From assembly GCF_037042905.1 (NCBI RefSeq), contig NC_087245.1:42658001-42722000 (forward strand): a DNA stretch of 64,000 nucleotides. Reading direction: 5' to 3'. Position numbers and translations under genes: made by a program. Origin of the DNA: Lytechinus pictus. Its lineage: Eukaryota. The notes under the pieces were generated by a model. That model ran no database searches. It was not told the origin of the DNA and saw only the letters and a list, made by a program, of their open reading frames with translations. The stretch's first letter is position 1. Each line of letters begins with the position of its first letter. Below are positions 39,301 to 51,300 of this stretch, piece by piece.

Positions 39301-42300
39301 TAAGTTGAAAAGCTTTGAAGTAATCATGACTTTAGCAGATTGTGAAGTGAAGTTAAAAACGAGTAAAATGTGGGGTAAGATGTACAAAAAGGGTTGATTA
39401 TTGTATGGAATTTCTCTTTATATCATTATTCTCTGTTCTCATCTGAACTCACAGGGAGAACACAGAAAGACACTGAGAGAGAAGCCAGCCTGATCAACCA
39501 GTGGGTCTCCCTCACGGAGGAGAGGAATGCTGTCTTGGTCCCAGCCCCAGAAAGCGGGGTACCAGGGGCACCTGCTAACTGGAACCCTCCCGCGGGCATG
39601 GAGACACATATACCAGTACTATTCCTTGATATTGAAAGTGAGTTGAACCAACTTCACCCATTGTTTGAGGAGTGTATATATGATGACAGAATATCTGGAG
39701 GTGGAAGCGCCATGGTGTAGTGGTTCTGACTCTCGCCTTGTAATCAGAGGGTCGTGTGTTCGTCTCCCACCATGGCCTAGCGTCCTTTGGCAAGGCGTCA
39801 ATCCACAATTTGCCACTCTCCACCCAGGTGTTAAATGGGTACCCGGTAGGATGCGAAAGCCTATGTAGTATGCCTAGCAATTGAGTCTTAGAACTCTTGT
39901 TGGAATGCTCCCCAGGGAGTGGAGAAGGTGCATACATTGTATGCGGGCATGCAAGGATCCGATGACCGGGGTAATAATATATCTGTAAAGCGCTTAGAGA
40001 CGTCGTTCCCATGTGTTAAGCGCTATATAAATGCGGAATATTATTATTACATGTATGCACTTTGAAAGTAAAATTCAATATGGTTACTTTCCAACGGCGA
40101 GTGACCTCCATGATTCTCACAATAAAAAGAAGCACTGCTTCCTACATATTGCATTGCAATCATTTACTGATTTTTGTTCTATTTTGTTTTGTTTAGCTGA
40201 TGAGATGGGTACATCAGGTTTACTAGAAGGAATCCATGCAGCTGGTTATCACTCCATCCTACCAAAGGAACTTGGAACTAAGATGGTCAATCTACCCATT
40301 ATCAAGTACTATGAAAAAGATGTAAGTTACTTCATTGCTATAGAATAAGATCATGTTTTGAGTCAAAGCTTTTCTGTGTCAAATGAAACACTTTAAAGTG
40401 CCATACAACAACTAACCATTTTATAAATGATATTGGTCAACTGAGTGTCCATCCCAGAATTTTCTAAGAAGTCATATGACACTACCGGTAATTTCATATA
40501 CCAATATGGTTGGGTAAAGTCTCTTAACTTGGGATATCAATACATGCCTTGAGTTCCTATTAAATAGGAATATTTTTATTTTTGGGAAAAGAAAGTTGGC
40601 AACTAAACCTGTGTGTTTCTATTTCTTTGAAAACTTTTCTGTATTGCTGAAAAGGAAATTTTATAAGGTTGATAAATCTGGAAATTGCCTAGTAATTTGT
40701 TTCCATTTCTGTCAGGGCTGGCAGGTATGGATACCAGGAGTGTCAAGGACTGCCAAAATATAGTGTTTAATTGACAAGGCCACACTCCTATCTATATTCT
40801 CTTTCTATTGTTTTATTTTCTACTCCTCATACATTGTATTAGGTGTGTGCCTGTGCGTCATGGGACTCCTCCCTCCATGACTCACCGTACCTGAACAGAA
40901 ATACCAACCCTAACGAGCGCATCTATCTCATCGTTAAGGCGGTGGTTCAGCTTAGTCACCCGGCAACCATGGAATTGGTTGTCAGGAAACGCATCTGTGT
41001 CAATATCTACAAGAAACAAGGTTTTGCAACGGCATTCAGGAGACGGCTGGGGAAAGGGGTAGGTTGTATTTGATGATGGTACAGTATCTTTGAGTGACAT
41101 TTGATTATCTTTAATTTGAACTAACGAATGTGAATCACATCAAACTCAATCATAAGCTATTAATTCATAGTGTATGGACATTAATTGCAAATGACATTCA
41201 GTGTTTGGCAGAAGATTCTATTGAATACATGCTGAAACATGAAACCTTGAAGAATTTCATGTGTGCAGTTGAGAAGCCATCTAATTATGCAAATGGCATT
41301 TTATGGTCAGTAATCCTTGTATAATATTTCTTCTGATTTTTTTCTCTTTCAGGACACAGTTCATTCCTGTGGTGTGACCTATGAGATTGTCTCAAACATT
41401 CCAAAGGTAAATGGTCACTTGTGTCAGTATACTATAAAAGGTTCAGTTCAGGTGGATATTAAATCTGGCATTTAATATTCATTATAACTTCTTGTGGGGC
41501 ATTGCTGTATGCATCTGTAAACAGCTAGTAGTGAATGTTAAGACAATAAAGTATAGATCCGAGGGTCAATCTTTTTTATTTTTGTGTTTAAGGTACATGT
41601 AAGTCTCTATACACATATGAGACCCAATTACACCCCCCCCCCACACACACACATTGTGTATTTTAAACAGGTAATTGAATACTGATTTAAACTTGAATAC
41701 ATGGAGAACACTGTTGAGAACAATCATAACTTCTTACTCCATATAGAACTCTGCCATATGAATTCACACTTGACACTTGTCTGCAAATGGAAGCATCGGC
41801 AGATTTGACAAGTATAGCTTTCAAGTCTTTGCCTGTATGTGTGGAAGAGCCGTGGTATAGTGGTTCTGACTCTCGCCTTGAAAACAGAGGGTCGTGTGTT
41901 TGAATCCCACTGCGGTCTAGCGTCCTTTGGCAAGGCGTAAATCTACACTTTGCCACTCTCGACCCAGGTGCTAAATGGGTACCCTGTAGGATGATCTACA
42001 TGTAGTATGCCTAGCAATTGAGTCTTGAAACTCTTGTTAGAATGCTCCCCAGGGAGTGGAGAAGTTGCATACATTGTATGCAGGCATGCAAGGATCCGAT
42101 GACCAGGGTAATAATATTGTGTAAAACGCTTTGGGCCATCATGGGAAATCGTTATATAAAAAAATAGCTATTTTTATTATTATTATTATTATGCCTAATA
42201 AATGTTTAATAAGTAATCCCTTCCCCCTCAACTTTTTTTCCAACAACCTATCAACTACCAAAAACTTTTCCGTTAGTGTACTGCACACATGCACTCATTG

Positions 42301-45300
42301 CTGTTTGATATACCTGCAAAACATGAAGAAAAAAAGGACAGACTATTAAACGGAAATTGAAAATCTTACGTTATGAGGTAAAGGGGTATTTAATATTCAT
42401 TTACCAAATTAAGAATCCTCTTCAATGTTTAACAGGCATCAGAAGACCCTGAAGACCGGGAATCCTTGGCCTTGATGGCTGCAGCCGGAGCGGAAGAGAA
42501 CGGCAGTACTGGAGATGGGGAAACTTACATTGAGAAGTACACAAGAGGGGTCTCCGCCGTCGAGAGTATCCTAGCACTTGATAGGTTACGGCAGGAGGTC
42601 ATCATCAAGGAGAAGTTGGCCAGTAGGGGGCGCAATTTGAGGAAGACGTCCAGTGTACCAAACATACCTGTAAGTATATTTTTCTCGTTCTGTAATTTTT
42701 ATACGTCCGTCCTAGACGGGACGTATTATGGTATCACGCTCGGTGTCCGTCCGTCCATTTGACTTAACCTAGGCTCATATAATTTGGTGTGTATAATACT
42801 AGCATGGATCCTAGGAAGCCTATTGATTTTGAGGTCAAAAGGTCAAAGGTCAAGGTTACAGTGACGTGGTTTTAACTTAACCTAGGCTCATATAATGTGG
42901 TGAGTATGATACTAACATGGATCCCAGAAAGCCTGTTGATTTTGAGGTCCAAAGATCAAGGTCACAGTGACATGCTTTCATCTTACCCTTCTCAAGTCCT
43001 TGTAAACGCGATAACTTCAGTTTAACTTAACCTAGGCTCATATAATTTGGTGTGTATGATAATAGCATGGATGCCAAGATGCCTTTTGATTTAGAGATCA
43101 AAAGGTCAAAGGTCAAGATCACAGTGACATGTTTCCATCTTACCCTTCTGAAGTCCTTGTTAATGCGATGACTTTAGTTCAACTTAACCTTGGCTCATAT
43201 AATTTGGTGTGTGTGATACTAGCATAGATCCCAGGAATTCTAACGAAATTGAGGTCAGAAGGTCAAAGATGAAGTCGCCACCTCCCACTTTTCTTGCTTG
43301 ACCAATAACTCCATTTTCCGCGTTACAGGCGTGCGTGTCATGTGCTCGCCTTAGCAACACTCTTGTTTGTAAATTGTGCCTATGTTAATATCTTTCGATC
43401 ATCCTTCCTTACAATTTACTTTGAAGTCTGTCCTCTCCCCAATCACTCCATTCTGCTGCTGCTCCTTTCTTCCGTTTCCTTTTCCTTCTCTTCCTTTCTC
43501 TCTCCAATCCTCCCTTGCTCCTTCCCCTTCCACTCTCTGTCTCTTTCTTCATTGGTCCCTCGCAATATTTCTCTCCTTACCCTCAGTTATACATGTATAT
43601 GTATGTAGTGTATTTTATATGTGTTTTACTATTCAAAGTAAACACATGACAGAAGAAATATACTTGTCAATGTGAAGCCTGCTACATCCAGCTGTGGCCC
43701 AAAATTGTAACAGATAGAATGTTGTATCAGATATGAAAATTTAATCAAGTAAACTCATCACATTTTGAAGTTTGGAATAGTGCTTACTAGGAATACTAAA
43801 ATTTAAAAATTCTGCTATCCTGCAAGCCTTGTGGTAGGAGTAGAATCAGCTTCAAATCATGGCCAATATGCTATGATGTCACCAGGAGTTGAAATGTGAT
43901 TTGCTTTTTCTTTACCGGAGACTCGCAATTGACTGGAAGTAATATTTATACCACTGTAATTTTGATTGTTATGACTTTATAATTCAAATGTTATCAAAAA
44001 TTTCTCCAAAAATGGATTGCAAAATGGATCATACAGTGTGTGCTTGCTCAAGTTTTGTGATTGTTTTTTGTTTTTTGTTTTAAGTGGGATTCTTCTCTAT
44101 TGTATATTTATATTACAACAGTTATTTTATCTTGGAAATTGAAATGTGTTTCCTTATTACTGAATTATAGCCAGTATTCTACTATTCAAATAAAGATGTA
44201 AGTCTTTAGATTTTCTTTTCCAATCTTGCTTACTTCACAATTACATCTCTATTATGTACATGTATCTATTCATGATAATCAAACACTCTAACTTTTTTGT
44301 ATTCCATGGCCGTTATTTTTTTCATTTACAAATTAAATCTATTTAATGCCAACATATGTATATCCAAAGCTTTATGTCATGGAGTGTATTTGCATGATAT
44401 ACATACGGTAATTATGTAATGTGAATTGCCTTTCATGACATGTGTTAACAGAATTAAAGAATAAAGAATTAAATATTTGGCTTTCATTTATAACATTCTA
44501 AATCCATTATCATGTTATGATGAAACACTTGAGGTCTAAGTACAGTTTCATCTTGAAAAGAGAAAGTCCTTCCTGATGTTACATTGGGGCAAATCGATAA
44601 AATGATCAACATTTTTGTACATCCCACCCCCATTTTTCTCAAGTTTTACTTCATTTTATAAACTGACCAAGTCATGATAATTTCTGAGCATTACAGACTG
44701 TCATAAGAACCAGAAATCAGAGACAGAAAATTTCATGAAGGTCCCACATATAAGGGGTCGGACATACATGTACATATTTTATGGAATTGCCCATTGGTTT
44801 AAAATATTTGAGCAATTTCTGATTAGAAATGGGAATGACATGAAATTATTAATAATTTATAACTAAAACAAAGAGCTATTTCCATATGTTTTACACATTT
44901 TATTAAGAACTATCAAAATACAGTGAAAAAGAGGGAGAAATTTACCTTCCATACATTTCTTTGATGTTTTAGTTTGCCTTGTGTATAATGCTGTATTATT
45001 AAATTGTTCATTATGATAAATGCTCTGCCTGAATGAAATAAAACAGAATCCTCTATATTCTTCATTCTTTTGTTGTATGCTAACAAGTATGTATGGGAAA
45101 TATGCATTGTTTATGCCATGTACTATCTATTTAATGTCCAATCATGTTTGCACAATTTATTATCTAGGCTGATCTCTGTTCAATCAGATAAAAGTCTAAG
45201 AATAAGATGACGAAAAAGGCATGTTAAAATTTTGGGTCTATGCATCTCTGTGTGATAACCTATCATGTGAGTCAGGCAGGAGTTTTAAGTCCGCTTTTGT

Positions 45301-48300
45301 CCCTGTTTAGCGGGATGGCCGAACTCACCCCCATACTTACAGCAATCGCCCTTACCCCCTGCATCCTCCTCCATCAACCCAACACTCTTACTCTCTACTT
45401 GCTTTTCTTTTTTGACTGCCCCCTCCCCCATCCTCCTCAAACTCAAAAGCCGTTAAAACATACCCATTATCCCTCCTCAATACATGTCCATACCAATGTA
45501 CCCCATTTGCCTTCGTCAACTGATCCGCAAATTTCATTTCAATATCTCAACGAAGATGCATTTTGAAGTTCAATCAACGATATAATTTTCCATTATCCAA
45601 TACATTCTTGTTTCATCATTCATATTGCATCCATTTCACCTTGAGTTTTTTTCCTCCTCCATTGCTATCCCATGATTCCATGCAGGGCTCCATTTCACGC
45701 AACCTTGACATGAGTCGATCCATGGACTGCCTCGACGAAGATTTCAGGGTAGGCACATCTCATCCTTCATTATTTTTATTTTATTGATTCAGTACATGTA
45801 CAATAGTTCATGTCTTAAAAGTAACACTTGACATCATTCAAACAGAGAGTAATACAATTTTTATTTATTTATTTATTTATTTTTATTTATTAAAATATCT
45901 TTATACAGGATAACAGGCTCAGATTAACTGTTTTTCAGCCTGGTCCTGTTAACATAAAATAACAATATATACATAATAGATAAAAGAGAAACTTGGGTAA
46001 TGTACAGTAATGAGTGAATTCAATAACATTTAAAATCAGAATTATCATTAATACAAAATTGTTTAGAGATAAAATACACTACCAGTCACAATTCCCAGAC
46101 TCAGCACTATCTGCCTCAGCCAGAGAACAATTCAAGCATTCAAAAAGTAAGCTTTTATAATGAGTTGTGGTATGGTGGACAAGAAAACCTTCTTGGAAAT
46201 GTCAGATATTGCTCTGTACGGGGATAATTGACTAACAGTGAAACTTTTCTTTTTAAAAGCTGTAGAGCGATGAGATTTTAGGTACATAAATTTGCTTTTA
46301 TCTCATTTGATATTGATTTAGGCTGTAAAAGAATCATTCCTCACCCCCCCCCCTCATCCCGGGGCCCGTTGCAGACATGTGACTATTATAGTAACTTTGC
46401 CATCCAATGATAGTAACTTCCATGGCAACAATGCTCAACATTTAGTCAGAATCAAGGGTTTCAGGGAAGTTACCATTGGATGGCAAAGTTACTATAATGG
46501 TTACTTTTATGCAACGGGCCCCAGAACTCAAAATCATGAAAGGTCAATTCTTCTGGAATTTTGACCAGGCATAAACGAACTTACCCCCCCCCCCCACTCC
46601 CATATACATAGCTCTACATCAAAGCTTGCATGTGAATAGGTCAAAGGTCAACCAAAATCAAATGTTAGGTCAAACAAGATCAAATGTTAGGTCAATAAAG
46701 ACAAAATGTTAGGTTAAACAAGATCAACATTCATATTTATTTCAAAATATATGAAGAGGGATAAGTGTTATTAAAAAAATTACATGTAGAATTAAAAGTC
46801 TTATTTTTTGTTTATCCATTCATTGCTTAGGAAAGAATAGGGGCTTTGCTTGTGAATCTTCAGTTCATGAAATTTCCAATTTCTAATGGCTTTTTACTTT
46901 ATTTCCAAATTCTTTCCTACTAAACACATGATGTCAAATTGGTTTGTCCGGTGATATTATTTTTACTGTTTTATTTTTTTGAATGGTTATTGTACATTTT
47001 CAATATTCTGTGATTGCAAACATGTATGTGTGGCATAATGTTTATATCTACATGTATTATATTTGTGATATCCTTGATCATTGTAACCATTTGTTGATTT
47101 AAGTATCTTGTAATTTATAAATGTATGAACTGTTTATTTGTTGAATTTGTTTTGCATTAAATCTAAACGCCATTGGTATATACTGTCAACAAAACACTGC
47201 GTAATATCATTATTGAATATCAAACACTCATTTTTCCCCAATTGTTTCCCATCAATATATATTTTTTAATTTGTGAAAAATTCTAATTGTTCCTTTGATT
47301 TTAATTTATCTAACGAACCATACTGTGCATGCACCTATCTTTTGATGAAAAATATTGTATTCAATTGTGTTATTGTCTTTCGATATAACTATAATTTATA
47401 ACTGTCAAAAGCTGTGATTTGTACATTTGTGTACTCATCAATGTAATGTCGCCTTTGTTGGTTTCGATTCACCACTTTCACCAATATTGTTTTGAACGAT
47501 AGTTACCCCTGTATGGGTTTTTTTACTAGATGTAACCTTGCTACCAACGCATGCCTTCATGTGCCCAACCACCTGTACATTGTGCACAAATGTATTATTC
47601 TTTTCTATCTACTGTAGTCGTAAATATGCTTGAATGATGAACTGAAAAAAAATATTGAAAAATCCTCTGTAATAGATACTGCGTTGGGAGAGTCTGCGAA
47701 ACCTTGGACCTCCAAGTTCACCAACCCTTCCAGGAAGTGCCGGGAGTCCGGTGGTGTATAGCAAGGCCACATCCCGCCCCAGAACGCTCCAGGTGTCTTC
47801 CTCCGACTCCAAATCGGAAACCAGCGACTACTGCAGCTCCCCCGGAAGCATGCAGTTCAATTCCAGCCCGGGCGCTAGCCCGTCCCATCCAAACATGAGC
47901 CACGCCCATCCAGGGATGACTTCCACGGCGCACCCGTTGATGGGTGGAGTCCACCCTTCCGGGGGTCCCATACTACCCTCCATGAGCCCCTTGCTCCCGT
48001 CCATGGGGACGGCCAATCCAAGGAGATCCAGTACTGGCAAGTCTCCCGGGGGTAAGCAGCTTAGACCAGTCCAAGAGGAGTCCAGGGCGGCTAGGTCAGC
48101 ACCTAAGATGGAAGTAAGATAGTCGTTTAATTCTGGTTAATATCTTATATTTTGGATTACATAACCTTGTATTTCACAACTGTTAGGCGAGTGAAATCAC
48201 TGGATCGAGGTGACTAAATCTTTTCGGTGTCGAATGCATGAAATTTGAAAGTGTAAAACCCAGCTCATATAATTCATTAAACAAGGAATAATTTTCAGGT

Positions 48301-51300
48301 ATCCCATTTCAATTTTCAAACCTATTTTTCACGCAACTCATATTGACTTGTATATCAGGCTTTTTTAAAGTACTGTACAGAACTAGGTTATATATTTTCC
48401 CCGACAGCATAAACTGCTTTTCAAATTTAATCTTTTAATTCAGTTTTGGGAAAAAATATATATGTTCTGACTAACCCTAACTTTACTATTTTTTTAAAAG
48501 TTCTTTTTTACAATAAAGTTTAGAAAACTGGCGAATGACACAGTCAAGATGACCCTTGATCTCCATTCATGTTCATTTTGCATACTATATGGCTCGATAG
48601 AGAGGAGTACCTTCCACACACACAAAAAAAAATGGCCTTTCATTTGGCACCAACCCTAATTTGCTTCCACTGTTATTGCAAACAAATGGCTATTTTTAAC
48701 GGCCTTCCCCAATTTTAGCTTCATTTCCTTGGCCCGACATTACATCTTAACCTGACCTTTAACTAAAACTCATTTACAGTCCTTGTGGTGGGTGTTTCAC
48801 AAAGATTTAAGTATGATTCAGAGTGGCACTTAAATACTGATGTGTACATGATATGCAACATGCAATCTTATTGATCAATACGCAATAGTGCATGACCTCT
48901 TGGTATGATCTGACCAATGCGGTCATGCTTTTTATACCGCACGCTAAAAGGCATTTAAGCATGACTCCAAGTCATACTTAAAACCTTTGTGAAACTCCCC
49001 CTGATCCTAATCCTACATAACCTAGCTCTCGATCTGCATCAAATTTTATCAAACTTTTCTTGGATTTAATTTTCTGAAGAATTTTTTTAAGTGTTGCAGG
49101 ATTTATTCAGCCTTATACGTTCTTTGATTCGCATGTTCCTAAAGGGTTTTTTAAATGCAGAAATGAAGTTCCTTCATTAACAAAAGCATTGATTTATTTC
49201 CCAGGAAGTCTTCAGACTTGGTCCTGAAATAGTCATGTTGCCAAGCAATAACCAAAAGGATGACACAATTTCAGCTTTATTTTAGAGGAGGGGGGGGGGG
49301 GGGGGGACACCCCATGTTTTCCCCAGTATCAGCTACTGTTTGAAAAAAGCTTTGACATATTAATGCATAATATTAGTATAAATGAGCTCTAGTTTCAGTA
49401 CATATGGTACAAGTGCAGCATATGTTATTGATGTAGCTCATTTAAATCATTACTGTTTGGATTCAACAGTGACCAAACAGCAAATGAATTGCTCAAATGC
49501 TACTTTTAGTGAAAAATCTTCTCATTCTAGTTTTATTGTTCTTAAAGAACATGTACTATCTTGATGATGCATTTTCTATAGTTTCAACAACAATTTGTGT
49601 ATAAGACATTCAAGACTTTTTCCTAATTTCAAATTTATGTGTTAAAGTTTGCAGTGTTATACTAATCAGTTTTCTTTATGAATGTGTATTTTTATATTGT
49701 TTGTTTGTTTCCTTGTTTGTGCAACCCTCTTAACATTTTTATTCAGAAATTCATTATTATTTTTACAAAATTTCAGAGGAGGGGGAAAAAATTATGAAAA
49801 ATCAATGAATGATCTGTTTTTCCTATACATGCACATGTATTTGAACTGGACTGGTGAATCCCTTTAATTTGGAAAAAAAAATCTGTTCTAGATTATTCGG
49901 TAGATACACTGTACATGTATTGTCCTGTCATGATTTGAATATTTCATTTTGATTACAAATTTTAAGCCCCCTAAATAGTCTTTAAATCACAGAAATTTCA
50001 TTCTTTCTCTTGGGATGGCTTGTGAAATGGTGTCAAATAAATACACCATACAAATTTTACCCCTTACCTGATCTTACTATCCAACATTGGTTGAACTCTC
50101 ATTTCATTTGAAACAAGTCCAAAGCTCCATTACCGAGTTACAGTTTGGAAATGATCCAGTCATACTTTAGATACAATTCAGAATTTTGCTGTTGGTTTTG
50201 TTATTGTTGCACCTATCTAAAATGTTTTTAATTCGGGGGCCTCAGAATGATATGGAAAGTGGGGGGGGGGGGGGGTAAACATACAAAAAATCAATTAGTC
50301 TGTAACTTTCATGTTTTTGTACATGTTTACTCGGGAAAAATGGGGGCTGTTCACTCAACCCCCCACCCACCCATACACAAAAAAAAATCACAATTTGGTA
50401 TTTTTCATATTTCTTGTACATGTTAACTGAAAAAAAGTGGAGGCTGCTATCTCCCCCCCCCCCTAGATTCCTGATTCTATGGCTCCTGTATTAAAGGTAT
50501 TTGTTGTTATGTTTGCAGTGTTTTTGGAGTTGTTTTATTCATTCATTTTGGTTTCCTTCCTTTGCTCTTCTAACCAATCACAGCCAAGGAGGAGCTTGCC
50601 CCTATAACACACACTCACTGTACCATTTTATTGGTATGTATTAACAAGGTTTTATGCTTTCATTACTAATATCAATTTCAGTGAAAACAGAGGTTTGTTT
50701 GATGTGACTATTAAATGCTAAAGGGCAAGTCCACCGAGTCAGTAAGCTGATTCTGATAAATGTAGGAAAAATGAGAGGAACATATTTACAGAAAGTTTGA
50801 TGAAAATCCAGCTATCAAAGAATGACATTGTTAATTACTTTTTTATACGCCCGTCCTAGACGGGACGTATTATGGTATCACGCTCGGTGTCCGCCCGTCC
50901 GTCTGTCTGTCTATCTGTCCGTCCGTTAACTTTTCCTTGTAAATGCGATAACTTTAGTTTGACTTAACCTTCATGTACATGTAGGCTCATATAATTTGGT
51001 TTGTATGATACTAGCATGGATCCTTTGAAACCTATCGATTTTGAGGTCAAAAGGTCAAATTTCAAGGTCATAGTGACATGTTTTCATCTTACCGTTCTGA
51101 AGTCCTTGTAAAAGCAATAACTTTAGTTAAAGTTAAGCGAGGCTCATATAATTTAGTGTGTACATGTAGGGTACTAGCATGGATTGCAGGAAACCTGTAG
51201 ATTTTGAGGTCAAAGGTCAAGGTCACAGTGACATATTTTCATCTTGCCTTTCTGCAGCCCTTGTAAACGCGATAATTTGGTGTATATGATACTAGCATGG

